The notes beneath the pieces are model-generated. The model ran no database searches, had not been told where the DNA came from, and saw only the letters and a program-made list of their open reading frames with translations. From Epiperipatus broadwayi (taxonomy: Eukaryota; Animalia; Onychophora), in NCBI GenBank assembly GCA_028023455.1, contig JAQFVV010000003.1, positions 12,462,001 through 12,526,000 of the forward strand: a stretch of 64,000 nucleotides of DNA, in the 5' to 3' direction. The position numbers were made by a program, and so were the translations under genes. The number at the start of each line of letters is the position of its first letter. Within the stretch, counting starts at the first letter, position 1. Positions 11,901 through 24,390 of the stretch are shown here, piece by piece.

Positions 11901-12399
11901 TCTCTATCAAATTCTACTAACTATTTATTGCACCCCTTTTTTTATATTAACAATTCTAGTTTGACAATTGTCTCTGGGCTTTATTTCTATTGAGCCTCAT
12001 ATTACTAGTGTCAAAATTCAGAAAAAGCTCTTGAATTTATTATTCATATAAATACAAAATTTTTTATTTTATCCATTTGGAATGAATAAATAATTAAATA
12101 GATCCATTATAGATGAAGATGCCACTCTCCAAAGGAAAATAATGCAATATATGAACAGTAATTCAAAATAATCCAGTTACATTCCATCTATATACTCAGT
12201 TGGAGAACTTATTTCTCTTAAGTTAGAAATGAACTGCCCAACAAGATCAAAATGGCATGTGATAAATTTATATAATTTTACTCATTAATCATTTAATAAA
12301 AAAAAACACAACATACAACAGGTATATAAAAAAACATGATGATAATTGGCACACATATATATTTACAAATATTTTGCAAGTTTACAATAAATCTTTAAC

Positions 12400-13450
12400 A
12401 AATATTCTATACTAATAATAATGTTACTCATGACAATTACATAATATAATTGAAAGTTAATAGCATAAAAAATATATAACTAATACAACTTTCTTACTTA
12501 TTATTAGGTCTTTTCTGGAAAATAAATTAAATTTTACCGGATACTTCTTTAATGTCACGTATGACACTCTTTTATTTTAAAATAAGGGAATTTCTTTACT
12601 CCAAGATCATTTAATCCACTTAACTGTTCAAGTATTCCAAAGCAGAAGCAGTACTTAATATTTACTTAATAGTTTTTTTTTCCAAATAAAATCTTCTCTC
12701 AGTTGAATATAGACTTCCCATATGTATGCATTGAAATACTGATATTATAGACAGATCAAGTCTTTTAAATAACAATTTTCAAAAACATAAATGACTAAAT
12801 AAATGAAAAGTAAATTTTTAGTAAGGTTAATCACTAAATCATATTTCTTATAAGTAGATATTTAATTGAGGATGGCAACAGATTTAAATCCCAGATAAAT
12901 GATAATTTTAAGGCAGCTTCTTGGATCTCATTTCATGTTTAAACTAGGGCATTACTTTCACTGGTTTGACAAGACTGCTCTACATGGCTTGAGGCTTTAA
13001 GTGGGCATATGTTAAATTTAGCCCATTACTTCAAATTTTGTAAAACAACTGCAGTTCAACTTAATGAACAATTTTTATTAAAATTATCAGTGTATATTCT
13101 CTTCACCATAACTTAATTAGGAATCAACTATTTCCAGTCAAATATATTGGTTGAACTTATCATCTAATATTTTAATCAATTAAAATATTCTTCAATCTTT
13201 ATTCTTAGCTAAACTAATTACCACCAAATCCTTTTCTTTTTTAAAAATAATTATTACATAGTTTAAATTTATTTCACCACTCCCTTCTCTATAATTACAT
13301 CTATTCAAAGTTTTGTTATCTATAAAAAAAATTAACATTCACATTTTATTTTATAAATATACATTCTTCAATTTATAGATTAGCATTAGAATTTATATGA
13401 TTCTATTAACAAAAATTCCTTTCTCTTATCTAATTATACCAACAAAATTT
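12400..13450 (-). mobile_element. Decayed LINE 3' fragment (CR1/L2-like)
   Basis: Minus translation ILDDKFNQYI at ~13140-13170 resembles the LDxKLxFxxHI motif that follows the RT core. Confidence 0.35.
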
Positions 13451-14039
13451 TTAACAAATGACAATACTAAATAATCCAATTAAAATAAAATATTTTGTGT
13501 TTGTGATCATAATCAACATTCCCACACATTTTTTTGATTAACATAACATAAATATTTAAGGATTTTAAATAAAATATTCCTTAATCTTATTGTACTAATA
13601 TTTTATTCTTTAATAAAATAAAATAAAAAACTGTAAATATTCCAACAATGCTAAATGTCTCTAGATTGAGAGCTCCATTTTAGCATTATAATATATAAAA
13701 CTATTAACAATTGATATTCTAATATTCAAAATTATTCCAATGAATTTAAATTAAAATTTGCAAATTATTTTACAATATTATAAAACTTTAAAGATGGTTT
13801 AGATTTGAATGAAATCAATATTAAGATAACATGTATTATTAAAACTGTAAGAAAAGTAACTAATGATGATGAATTGTCTTATTCAATTCACTTTTCCTCA
13901 ACATTCTCCCATTATGTTTAATTTTAATCTAATGAATTTTTTTTTCCTTAAATTTTTTTTGTAAAAATTTTATGACTGATACCACTTCTCCAAAATCAGT
14001 TGCTATTTTTTTCTACCTTGGAATCTCTTATATCCCTAT

Positions 14040-14600
14040 TTCTTATAAAATGAATCTTATAATAAATAATAGTGTAGATAAAGTACTTTCCATCTGTACA
14101 TGAGTTATAGATGAACATATTTTGTCTAAATTTCATACTGAGATCTGCCCGATTTGGAAGACCTACTGAGAGTTAAGAAATCACTGGTATGACTGTAAAC
14201 TTCAAATCATACAAACTTTCCTTCCATCCACATCAATTGGTAAAGAGAGGCATTCTTATAATATTGCAAAAAATTTAAAAAGTATTTTGTATCTTCTAAT
14301 GAAAATTGTGATAATTTTTGGTTTTTAGTAAAAACTTTCATGAAATAATAGTTTTGTCCTTTTTTTATATATATATAAAAATATAGAAAATTTTATTCTG
14401 AAATTTGGATACAACTCATGTGATCAAATTATTGATGGGATACATTAAATGGTATTTTTAAAAAAAAATCAAGGATTTAGCATCCATCCATATCAGAAAT
14501 TTACTATGTCAGAATCACTCCAGACAATAATGAACCCATTGCTGAACTGGCTACTCAATAAAAATTCTAAATTCCTGAGCATATTTGGAACTTCTTGAAA
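14040..14600 (+). pseudogene. piggyBac-like transposase remnant
   Basis: VIDEH (14104-14118), NHWYDC...SIGKE, CDNF (~14306) and KIPEHI (~14570) appear in the order of the piggyBac motifs VDE, IWxLCD/YxGK, DNFF and KP. Confidence 0.45.
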
Positions 14601-14989
14601 AAAGCTTAATTCTAACCCAGATTTGAACTCCAAGTAATGACAAACTAAAACAATAACCTCACACTATTTTTGGAAGTTCTTCCAATAATATATATAACTA
14701 TTTTGAATTCTTTTTAATTGTAATGAAAAAGAAAAGTGCCTTATTTCAAAACCCAATTATATATAGTAAACAGTGCTCAAACATATCAAATAAGATGGGT
14801 ATTTATAAATGGTAAATAAATATTATTAGTTATAAATTGTTAAATTATGCTTTAGTGTGGTGTTTTAATAACTAAAGCTATCAAATACTTCTTTACAAAC
14901 TCTGAATAAAAAATAAAGTTAAAATTTTTATTATTGATTAAGGATGAGTAACAGCTAGGCAACAACAAAAATCAGTTCTGATTTAACTA

Positions 14990-15790
14990 ACAAATTCGTA
15001 ATTTATTTCCTGCTTTTATAATTTAACGTTGTTACTAAGAAACATTTTTTTAAAAAAAATACTAACACTGGCGATCTGCCAATACGAAAATAATCATTCT
15101 ACAAAAGATTTTTAAAAACTTAACATATACCAATAACAAACATTTAGGATGTCTGAAAATAATAACAACTAACTATTATGTTAATGTCTCAATTTCATGT
15201 TCAAATTACGTCCCAACAACCTCCATCACTTCCCAAACAATGTTCCCGGGTACTGCAAAATCTTTTACATATACAAGATGCTTATAAAATGCGTGTGCAA
15301 TATTAAACTTGAATAACTTTGAATATATAGGTGATAACAGTGCGCGGTAAATTGGGTTTAAAAGCTTAATCCTTCAATTTTAGTACAATTCCTAATAAAA
15401 ATGCAAATAAAGCAATAAAAAATAGGCGAAATGAATATAAGTTTAAAGAACGGACATTCTACAGAAAGTTATACAAGCTGTTAAAAAAAGTTATAGCGTG
15501 GATAACTTAATACAGAAAATACAGTAATAAGGGCAAAAAAAGCTCTGAGCATTTGCAACTTGTAAATTACTCTGCGACCCTTGAATTAAAATTAAGAAAA
15601 AAACATTGTAACATATTTGTTTGGAATTATGTTTCTAAATTTAATAGAAATTTGATAATGTGGTTGGTTTTTTTTTCTTGGGGAGGGGGGGTATTGGAGA
15701 TTCTGCTACATCAGGGTAGGGGACTGCAAGAATTACTTTGATTACCCCCCCCCCCCCATTAAAGCGCTCCAATGAAATAAGTGAAAAATA
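14990..15790. promoter_or_regulatory. CpG-retaining patch (possible promoter/first exon or young TE)
   Basis: About a dozen CpGs (ggcga, cccggg, gcgcgg, agcgtg, tgcgac and others) in an otherwise CpG-poor window. No element boundaries were recognised. Confidence 0.2.
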
Positions 15791-16729
15791 TGTTCATGAA
15801 AAATACGAATTTCTGAATGGCTGTAGATATATTTGAACATTTATTTTAGTAACAGAACATAATAGAATCAGTATACATCCTAACAAAATAAAAATTATCT
15901 TAAAAATAAATAAAGAAAAACAAAAAATATTTTGACAGTTTAATTTATTCAGTAAATTTTTAATATTTAAATATTCACCATATACAATAATTACTATTCT
16001 ATAATAAGGTTGAATTCAAGAAATATTGTAATGTTCATTTCTCCTCTCCTAGAGTCATCAAAATATTTATTTACAAATTACCAGAGGAAATAAAAAAATA
16101 TTTTTGTTTATCATAATAAAAAGAACCATGAGACTAGGATCAAAGAGTCTAGCCGAAATTTGCTAACTCCTGTTTTGGAGAATGGATTTGAAAGAGAATG
16201 GAAATGTTGACAGAGCAATGTTAAACACAATAAATGTATTGAAAGGAGTAAATAAACAGATTATTTATTGAAAAAAGAAAATAATACAATTACTAAAGTG
16301 ATTTATTTATTTATTTTTTTAGCAAGCTTTTTAAATTTTTTTAATCTATTTTCTTGAACTCCTTATAATGCATCTTTAATGATTTTTTAATTCTTGCAAT
16401 ATTTAATTTTGACGAACCTATTGGTCAAATATCTACTTTTCTAATCTTTGATCACAAAAATAAGAAAGGCATATTCAAAAGCTAAAGATTTTTAAATTGA
16501 ATGTCAAAAAAAAAAAAATGAAAAAAATAATCTCAATGTGGTCAAAGATACTATTATATCCAATCTCTCGTTTTGGTGCTCAAATATTTAACTTACCATG
16601 CAGATGACAATGTGATTATTTTTATTTATTTATGGTAGCTGAGGCTGCAGAAAGCAGTTTTCTGTTGGATGAAAGCATATTCTTTAATTCCTCTTTGAGA
16701 TCTTAAAGGAAACTGTGATGCATTTGATT

Positions 16730-17390
16730 TAATGTTACTTACGAGAAACAACCAGATACACCTAATTCAAGTAACTATTACTCTCTTGCACAAAATTAAG
16801 ATATCCCACTTACAGATACAAGATTTTATTAGTATGAAAAATAACAATAATTTATAAACAGAATTATCATTAGTTCTACTAGCGCCTGTAAGGCTTACAA
16901 AAATAATAATAAGACAGGTATAATTTGTATAATTACCCTAGGTCGGTCTTTGGTACCTTCAGACCCGAATATCTGGTTCTTTTCCCATCGTTGGTCTTGT
17001 TCTGAATTCGTGCTACACTTAAGTCTCTCAGAAAATCAGGACTGACACTAATCTGTCCTTTTTCTGCTAGATTATATCTACTCTTTGTTCTATTGTTTAT
17101 TCCTTATTAATTTTAATCACCAAATTATTCTGGGCTTATTTCTGAACTAATTAATTAAATTGTTCTTTACATTTTTAATCCTTCATTTAATTAATTATTT
17201 ATTCAGATCTTCCATCTTGTTTTACACCTTGCTTTTTATAAAATATCTATCTGAAAAACCATTTGTAATTTCTAATTTTCCTTTTTATTAAATCAACTCA
17301 TTTACTTTCACATGTAATTATTTAACACTTTTAACTTCTGGAGTACACACAGTTTCAAACGTAATTTTTTCTTAATATTAATCATACTAC
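16730..17390. mobile_element. LTR-like fragment, ends uncertain
   Basis: CpG-retaining, with several possible TG...CA ends. No matching TSD was found. Confidence 0.25.
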
Positions 17391-17402
17391 AACATAACAG
17401 AA

Positions 17403-20340
17403 ACAAATAAAGTCCTAATGTCCACTCTACATTTACTTGTCATCACAGCTATTATTACATGATTATTCAAACAAGACATGAACATGAATGAACTGCTCAT
17501 TAATATACATAAGCCAGCATGGTGAGTTTATTGGCTATTTACCTCGGAGTTTAAGATCAAGAAACACCATGGTCTTTCTTTTCAATTGTGTGGTAGTTAT
17601 TAACTAAAATATCAATTAAGTATCTTTTTTTAAATAGATATTTATAATCATGATAACCAAAACTAAATTTTGGCAATTATTTACCAGGAGGCTGTAAAGT
17701 TTGCCAGCTAAAGCAGTGGTTGGCATCTTACAGCAGGGTATATTAAGAACCCCTGATTGGAGACACAGATCATTTTCAAGTGAAGGAAGATTGCACAAAT
17801 TTCAAGAAATACCTAATATTGAATGGGCAATATTGGACTTTGTGAAAATAGAAGAAAAGTGAATGGACAATTCATTTAAAAAGTGGACATATATTTTATT
17901 CCAAAGCACAAATATTGGAAGCATAAGAATGCAATTTATTACAAATGAAAGTAGACAGATAACGTTGTAAAGCTTGATGGTATATCAAACAAAGTGGCAA
18001 AATGTAAGATATGAAATGTGAATAATTAAGTTTTATGTCCCAACAAGTTCTCATTAAATGTAGGACTTTTATCTGAATATACAAAATGTTTATGATCAGA
18101 CCAAATGATATTTTAAAATTGGCATGAAAGACTTTAATGAAAAATTGATAAATAAGTAAAAGATGAAATTGTTGTGGGTTAATCTGGATGTGGTGATAGA
18201 AATGAAAGAAGACATAGACTTTTGGAGTTTACAGAAAAATAAAAAAACTAAATATTATGAATTCTTTCTTTGAGAAAAATGCTAAACAGAAATGGACAGA
18301 GAAGCATCCAAATGAACTTATTGCAGAATTAGATAGTTTTTTTGATTATTAGAAAATATATATTTCAAGATTGTAATGTTCTTAATACATTCAAAACAGA
18401 AAGTGATAATCAATTATTGAGATGTAAAATATGTGTTAATGCAAAACTAAAGAGACAAAAACTATTAAGAAAAACAGTATTAAAAATTAATATACCTAAC
18501 ATTCAGAAATTATTAAGAAAGACAATATTAACAGTTAACATTTTTAATCTTCAGAAATATTTCAATGAATTTAAGTTAGAATTTGCAAATCATTTAAAAA
18601 TATTAACAGACTTTGAAAATGATTCAGAGGTCCTAAAATCAATAAGATAACTAATACTCTATTAAGAACAGCAAGAAAGATATCTGCTACAATAAAGCAG
18701 CAATTTACCAGTGAATTTTCTACTGAGATAAATCCATATATGAAGAAAAGAAGAAATGTGAAATTTTTTTTTAAATGATCCGTTAAGAATCAAAAATCAA
18801 CAATGACATTTAAAAATATAATTGTGAATTAGAAGGAAAGCTATAGAAGAAAATAAGCTTCAAAAATGTAAAACATCTTGTTATTGGAAGGAAAGTTATT
18901 TCTGCAATAATAAAAAAAGATGAAATCATTATCAAATGAGAGATGATATCATAAAACATATGGAAGAATTCTATAAAGAATTATATAGAAATAAAGGACA
19001 AAGTATCCCCCAAAGTTATTACATCTTTGATTTGCCAAGCCTCTTAAATAAAGTGAGATAGGCAATTAAATCTATGAAGAAAGGAAAAGCTCCAGAAAAT
19101 AGAGAAATTATTATTGATATTTTAAAGAAAGTGGGTAAAAAAAATTATATACCAAACATCAAAATGACTAAGATGTACCAGATGATTGGAAAGAAAAATG
19201 ATAAAGAAGATATTTGAAATTACTAATCTATCAATCTTCTATCAGTTCTATATAAAATCTTTGCAAAGATAAATACAACTCATCTACAGTCAACATTGAA
19301 TTTTAACCAACCAAAGGAACAAGATGGATTTAAAATAGGTTTTAGCACAGTGGATCACATTCAAGTATTGCGACTAAGTTGGCATTAGGCTTTGGATTTG
19401 TATAGCATTTCTATGGTGATTAAAATATTGAATCAAGATATAGATCCAGAATAATGTCATATTCTGAAGAATATTTATCAAAATTCAACAGCAACAATTA
19501 GATTAAATGATAATACTAAAAAGATTAACATTGAAAAGGGTGTACAGGTTGATTCTATGTCACCAAAACTTTTTACAGCAATTTTACAATAAGCATTTTG
19601 CAGATTAAAATAAGAAGCTTAGGGAATAAAAATAAATAGAAATTATTCAGGTCATTTAGATTTTGAGAAGCTGTGCTTGCACTTCAGGAAATGTTGCAAG
19701 AGTTATTAGATGAAGATTAAAAAAACTAAAATAATGTTCAAGCAATTTTCTCAAAAGAAAATAAAGATTGATGATTGTGAATTAGAAGTTAACAACTACA
19801 AATATCTTGGTCAGATTATTAATACAAATAAAAACATAATGAATGAAATTAATCATAGAATTAAATTTGGATGGATTGCTTTTGGGAAAAATAACTTAAT
19901 ATTAAAAGGAAATAAATTTATATATTTGAAAAGAAAATTTTTTCATAAATATATTTTACTAATTCTTTCTTAAGGAACTGAAACTTGGACATTTAACAGA
20001 AGAGATATATTAGAGCCTTCAGATTAATCAATGAAGTAGGAAGAAACATATGGATGAGAGAAAAACAGATATGACTGAAAGAATTAAGAGATTGAAGTGG
20101 ATCTAGACTGGATATTTTTCTACTAGAGATGATAATAGATGGACTATTAAAGTTTTAGATTAGGTCCCAAGAAATTGTAAAAACCTAAAAAGAGACCATA
20201 TATAAGATGAATGGATGAAAAAAAATGTTTACTGATGTGTTGTGGTGGACGTGGAAGAAATATGATTAATTTGCAGTGACTTTTATCTAGTAATGGATTG
20301 ATAATGGTTGAAAATAATGATGATGATGATGACAATAATT
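17403..20340 (+). mobile_element. Near full-length decayed RTE-clade LINE (AP endonuclease plus RT)
   Basis: Motifs IGLCENRRK (~17830), YVPTS (~18033), KAP (~19087), DSMSPKLF (~19551), ORF 19710-19973 (KTKIMF, YKYLGQ, EINHRIKFGWIAFGK) and DNRWT (~20070), then a (TGA)n tail at ~20317-20332. Many stops and frameshifts. Confidence 0.9.
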
Positions 20341-20399
20341 GGACGATATACATATGTCTCTACCTATCTCACTTTCAATTAGCAATAGAAATCTAATAT

Positions 20400-22300
20400 A
20401 AAATAACAATTCATGTCAATTGTTAATACAGAGTATCTTTAAAATAAATAAATAAAATAATAACTAAATACTATTTCCAAGCACTTTCAACTCTTACGAG
20501 TCCTTATCAAGGCAGTGTAAAAAATTCTATTTTCTTTTCATTGTATTGGCCAGGAACAACTAATCGGAAAGCTGGTTAATTTCGAATTCATAGCACAAGA
20601 TGAATTTTGTATTTTTTATCATTTGTTTCGTGCATTAATATTGTAAAATCCTTTGGACTACATATATGGCCTGTATTATTTTGGTGAACATAAAAAGCTG
20701 AATAAACTGTATCATCTTCTCTTGCTCTATTGTATGTATATTTATGTTGTTGAAGGTGATATTTAATATTTGTTTTGGTTTCTCCAACAATTTATTTGTG
20801 GGCATCTAATAGAGTATACAACACTGCTTTTATCCTTATTTATTATTTCCTTAGAATTATTTATTAATCTATTAAGGTTAGGTGGAGTTCTCCATGCTAA
20901 TCGAAAATCTTGACTTAAAACTTTTTTTATATTTTTATTAATATTGGGAATAAAAGCTAATAACATCCATGGTTTATTATTCATATTTATATGGTCACTA
21001 TTATGACATTGTTTATAATGCTTCAATACAATAGATAATAGCATTTGTTTATTATAACCCACTTGTATTAAATCTTGCATATAACATTTTATATTATCTT
21101 TCGTAAACATTTCATTTGAACACAGTCGTTGATTACTTGTTAAAAAAACTCTAAAACCAGCTAATTTGTGTACTAAAAGGACATTAGATGTTGGATGAAT
21201 GTAACCTCTATTATCTATATGTTTTACAACCATTTTATATACTTATTTATCATCTACCCTTGATATTTGCAAATCTAGGTATTTAATACTAGAATTGTCT
21301 TCTCTTTCTATTGTCCAAACTAAACCATCCTGGTTCTGCAAACTATCAAAAATTTGCTTTATAATGTCTGGTAGCCCATATATCAAAACATCATCCACAT
21401 ATCTACAATATAATGTGTTCTCATTTCTTACTAATATGGGATGCACAATTCACTGTTCTATATTATCTACAAACAAACTACTTAATAATCCACTTACAGC
21501 CAAACCCATTGGCCATCCTTTTTCCATTCTATATGTTACTACCATGTGCTGCAACAATATCATTGCTTATCCAAATTAAAATATCTATAATGAAAGATAA
21601 TTTTATCCTGTGGCATTTCTTTAGCACACAATTTATCTCTCAAAATTGTAATAGATTCAGATCTATCCACTGATCCATATAATTCCATCACATCCAATGA
21701 AATAAACTCATACCCCTTAATTATAGCTGTCTTATCGAGTATAGTAACACAATCAAATGATGATTTTAATGTATATTTTCCAAACGCAACAAAATCTAAA
21801 ATCCACTTAACTAAAATTTTTGCAAGCTTTTGATAATATGCCCTTGTAAAATCCATCATTAATCTTAAAGGAGCATTAAGCTTATGTGTTTTTACATTCA
21901 CAAACATTTGCTGAGTAATCTTTAAATTGAAAACCTTTTCAACAAGTTTGGGATTTTTCTTTCAATTAATTGGCCCATAACAATTCAGGTAACCATTTCA
22001 TATTAGTCTAATGGTATCTAGTTATTTTTGCCTAAAGAGTAAAACAATGATGAATAATTAACCCTCATTACTTGGCAATTGTAATACTGCCTTCTTCAAT
22101 TATTTTTCTATTAAAAAACAATTGAAGAGGCCTTTACCTTACAGTGACTATTTAAAGACCTTTTTTTTTTACTTAGACTATATGCAATAGATTAAATTTA
22201 CAATATATTTTATATTGTCTCCTTAGCAGAGAATAGTTTTTAAAAATTAAATCAATATAAAAGATGTAAATTTATTGATAACTAGTCTTGGATATCATGC
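20400..22300 (-). mobile_element. Penelope-like element PLE2 (RT plus GIY-YIG, frameshifted)
   Basis: Motifs KTHKLNAPLR, ISLDVMELYGSV, GWPMG, YCRYVDDVL, IKYLDL, PPNLNRLINNSK, VVYSIRCP and HLQQHKYTY...GH occur in order, followed by a hammerhead-like tail. Confidence 0.92.
20477..20514 (-). ncRNA. Minimal type I hammerhead-like motif, U3:A8 core
   Basis: Minus strand reads tgcc TTGATAA g gactc gtaa gagtt GAAA gtgc TT gg. Stem II has 5 bp with a GUAA loop. Confidence 0.65.
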
Positions 22301-23529
22301 CATCAACTAGAAAAATAGTGTACTTGTATTTGCATCCAAAACTTAGCCACAGATGCATGTATAACACAACACAGTTTCAATCAAGTATGACTTTCAAACA
22401 GTCACATACAAAAATTCTTTCAAAATGCTTGTATTAAATCAATGCTCATCTAATTTTGTAACTTCTGTAGCAATTAAAAATCATATTTACACTAAATATA
22501 AACAATTATTACCCAAAACACATATTCCTTATTTATATCAATGTATATATTTAATGTTCTTTAGCACAAACAAAATTAGATGGTAATTTTAAACAATAAA
22601 AAAGTGTACTTTATTCTAATGAAAAATGGTAAAGCCAAAAAAATATACAAAGTGCATATAATCTAATTACATAAACTACTCTAATGGCAGATAAATAATT
22701 AAAGTGAATCAATTGCTGAATAAATAGAAGGTATTTATCTCTCTTTTCTTTATATATGACAAGTCCCAAATCTTGGCAGGTATTGCAGATGATTGCCGAA
22801 TATTTCCTACTTCATAGAGTTTTTGTTATTTGATGTACAAATAAAGCAAATGGCTTTACATTTTTTCAAGATACAACACTGCCACATTGTAAATTTTTAT
22901 AATTACTGTAGCTACTCTTATTCACAGGTAAAATTTATGATCAACTATAGCCTAAAATCTTCTTCAACCAATGAAATCCTCTTCAAAATTTCCATTCCAA
23001 AATTAATGAAATAGTCTTAATTATTTACTTAGTGTACTATAAATGAAAAATGTGTCATATCTACATTCAGCAAATCAATGACCAACAATTACTAGAATAA
23101 TATCAGAACCTACATATGTACATCATAAAGATAATATTGAATTTATTCAAAAAATTGTACTCAATACTACTGTAATTATCATTCATAAAATATAGTGTAA
23201 AACTTTTATTCATATATATTTTGAAGTTTCATGTATATGATAAGTTGTCTCTATTTTTATTAATTTATGTTTACATATATCATGTACACTACTTTATAAC
23301 ATTTAAATTATAGCTGAACAAATTAAGTATAAAATTTACTATATATATAAAATCATATATATATATATATTAAAATGTAAAAAAAGATATTAACTTTTCT
23401 ATCAGCTCTATATAAAAATTTATGAAATCATTACAAATCAGTTAAATAGCTAGAACGTAAAACTCAAATCAAGTAAAAGACCAAGCTGAATTTAAAAATA
23501 GTTGTAGCATAGTAGATCATATCCAAATA

Positions 23530-24390
23530 GTAAGAGAATCATTAAATATAAGCTGCCACTTTGCACTGGATTTATAGATTATAAAAGTGTATTTGATTTT
23601 CTGCTAATTATAATTAAAATTATGGAATAACAAAGCAAAGATCCAGGATACTCTCAAATTCTGAAGGTTTATCAAAATACAACAGCAATAATATAATGAG
23701 ATTGTATGGTGACACTAAGCAGATTAATATTGATGAAAGTGAAGGCAGAGTGACTCCATTTTTTCAAAAATTTTTAAAGAAAATATATTATTAAGATGGG
23801 AAGCTAAAGAAAATAATTAATTGAGATTGCTTAAATCATCTAGATTGTGTAAATGATATGATTTTTTTTTTTTTCACAAATGCTTCAGAGCTTCAGGAAA
23901 GTTTACAAAAATTATTAAATGAAAACAAGAAAATAGGTAAATAAATGTTAAAAAGACTAAATAATGTTTAATGGTTTTTCAAAAAAGACAAAATAAAAAT
24001 TGATACTTAAAACACTTAATAGATGAGACCAAACACCACATAGTAAATAATGGAGAGATGCATATTGGAATAATAATAATAAAGAATCAAAGGTATAAAC
24101 ATGAGTGACAGATCAAATAGATATCCCATTGAAAGAATTAAAAGGCTAAAATATTTTGGTTGAATATGTCATTTCAAAAAATGATAATAGATGGACAAAT
24201 AAAATTTTAAACTGAACTCCTAAAGATTGTATAAGATCTAGAAAAAGAAAGTGTATAAATGGATGATTAAAAATATGGAAGACTGTCTAAGTCATGAGAA
24301 GAAAAGAACCTATAGATGAAAAAAACTACATTAAATTTTGTGAAATCTTCATCCTATAGAGACTAATAATGGTTAAAAATTTATGAGGCA
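23530..24390 (+). mobile_element. RTE-clade LINE 3' fragment
   Basis: VRQGDS-like sequence (~23743), KTK-like sequence (~23952) and DNRWTNKILN (~24184). Confidence 0.7.
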
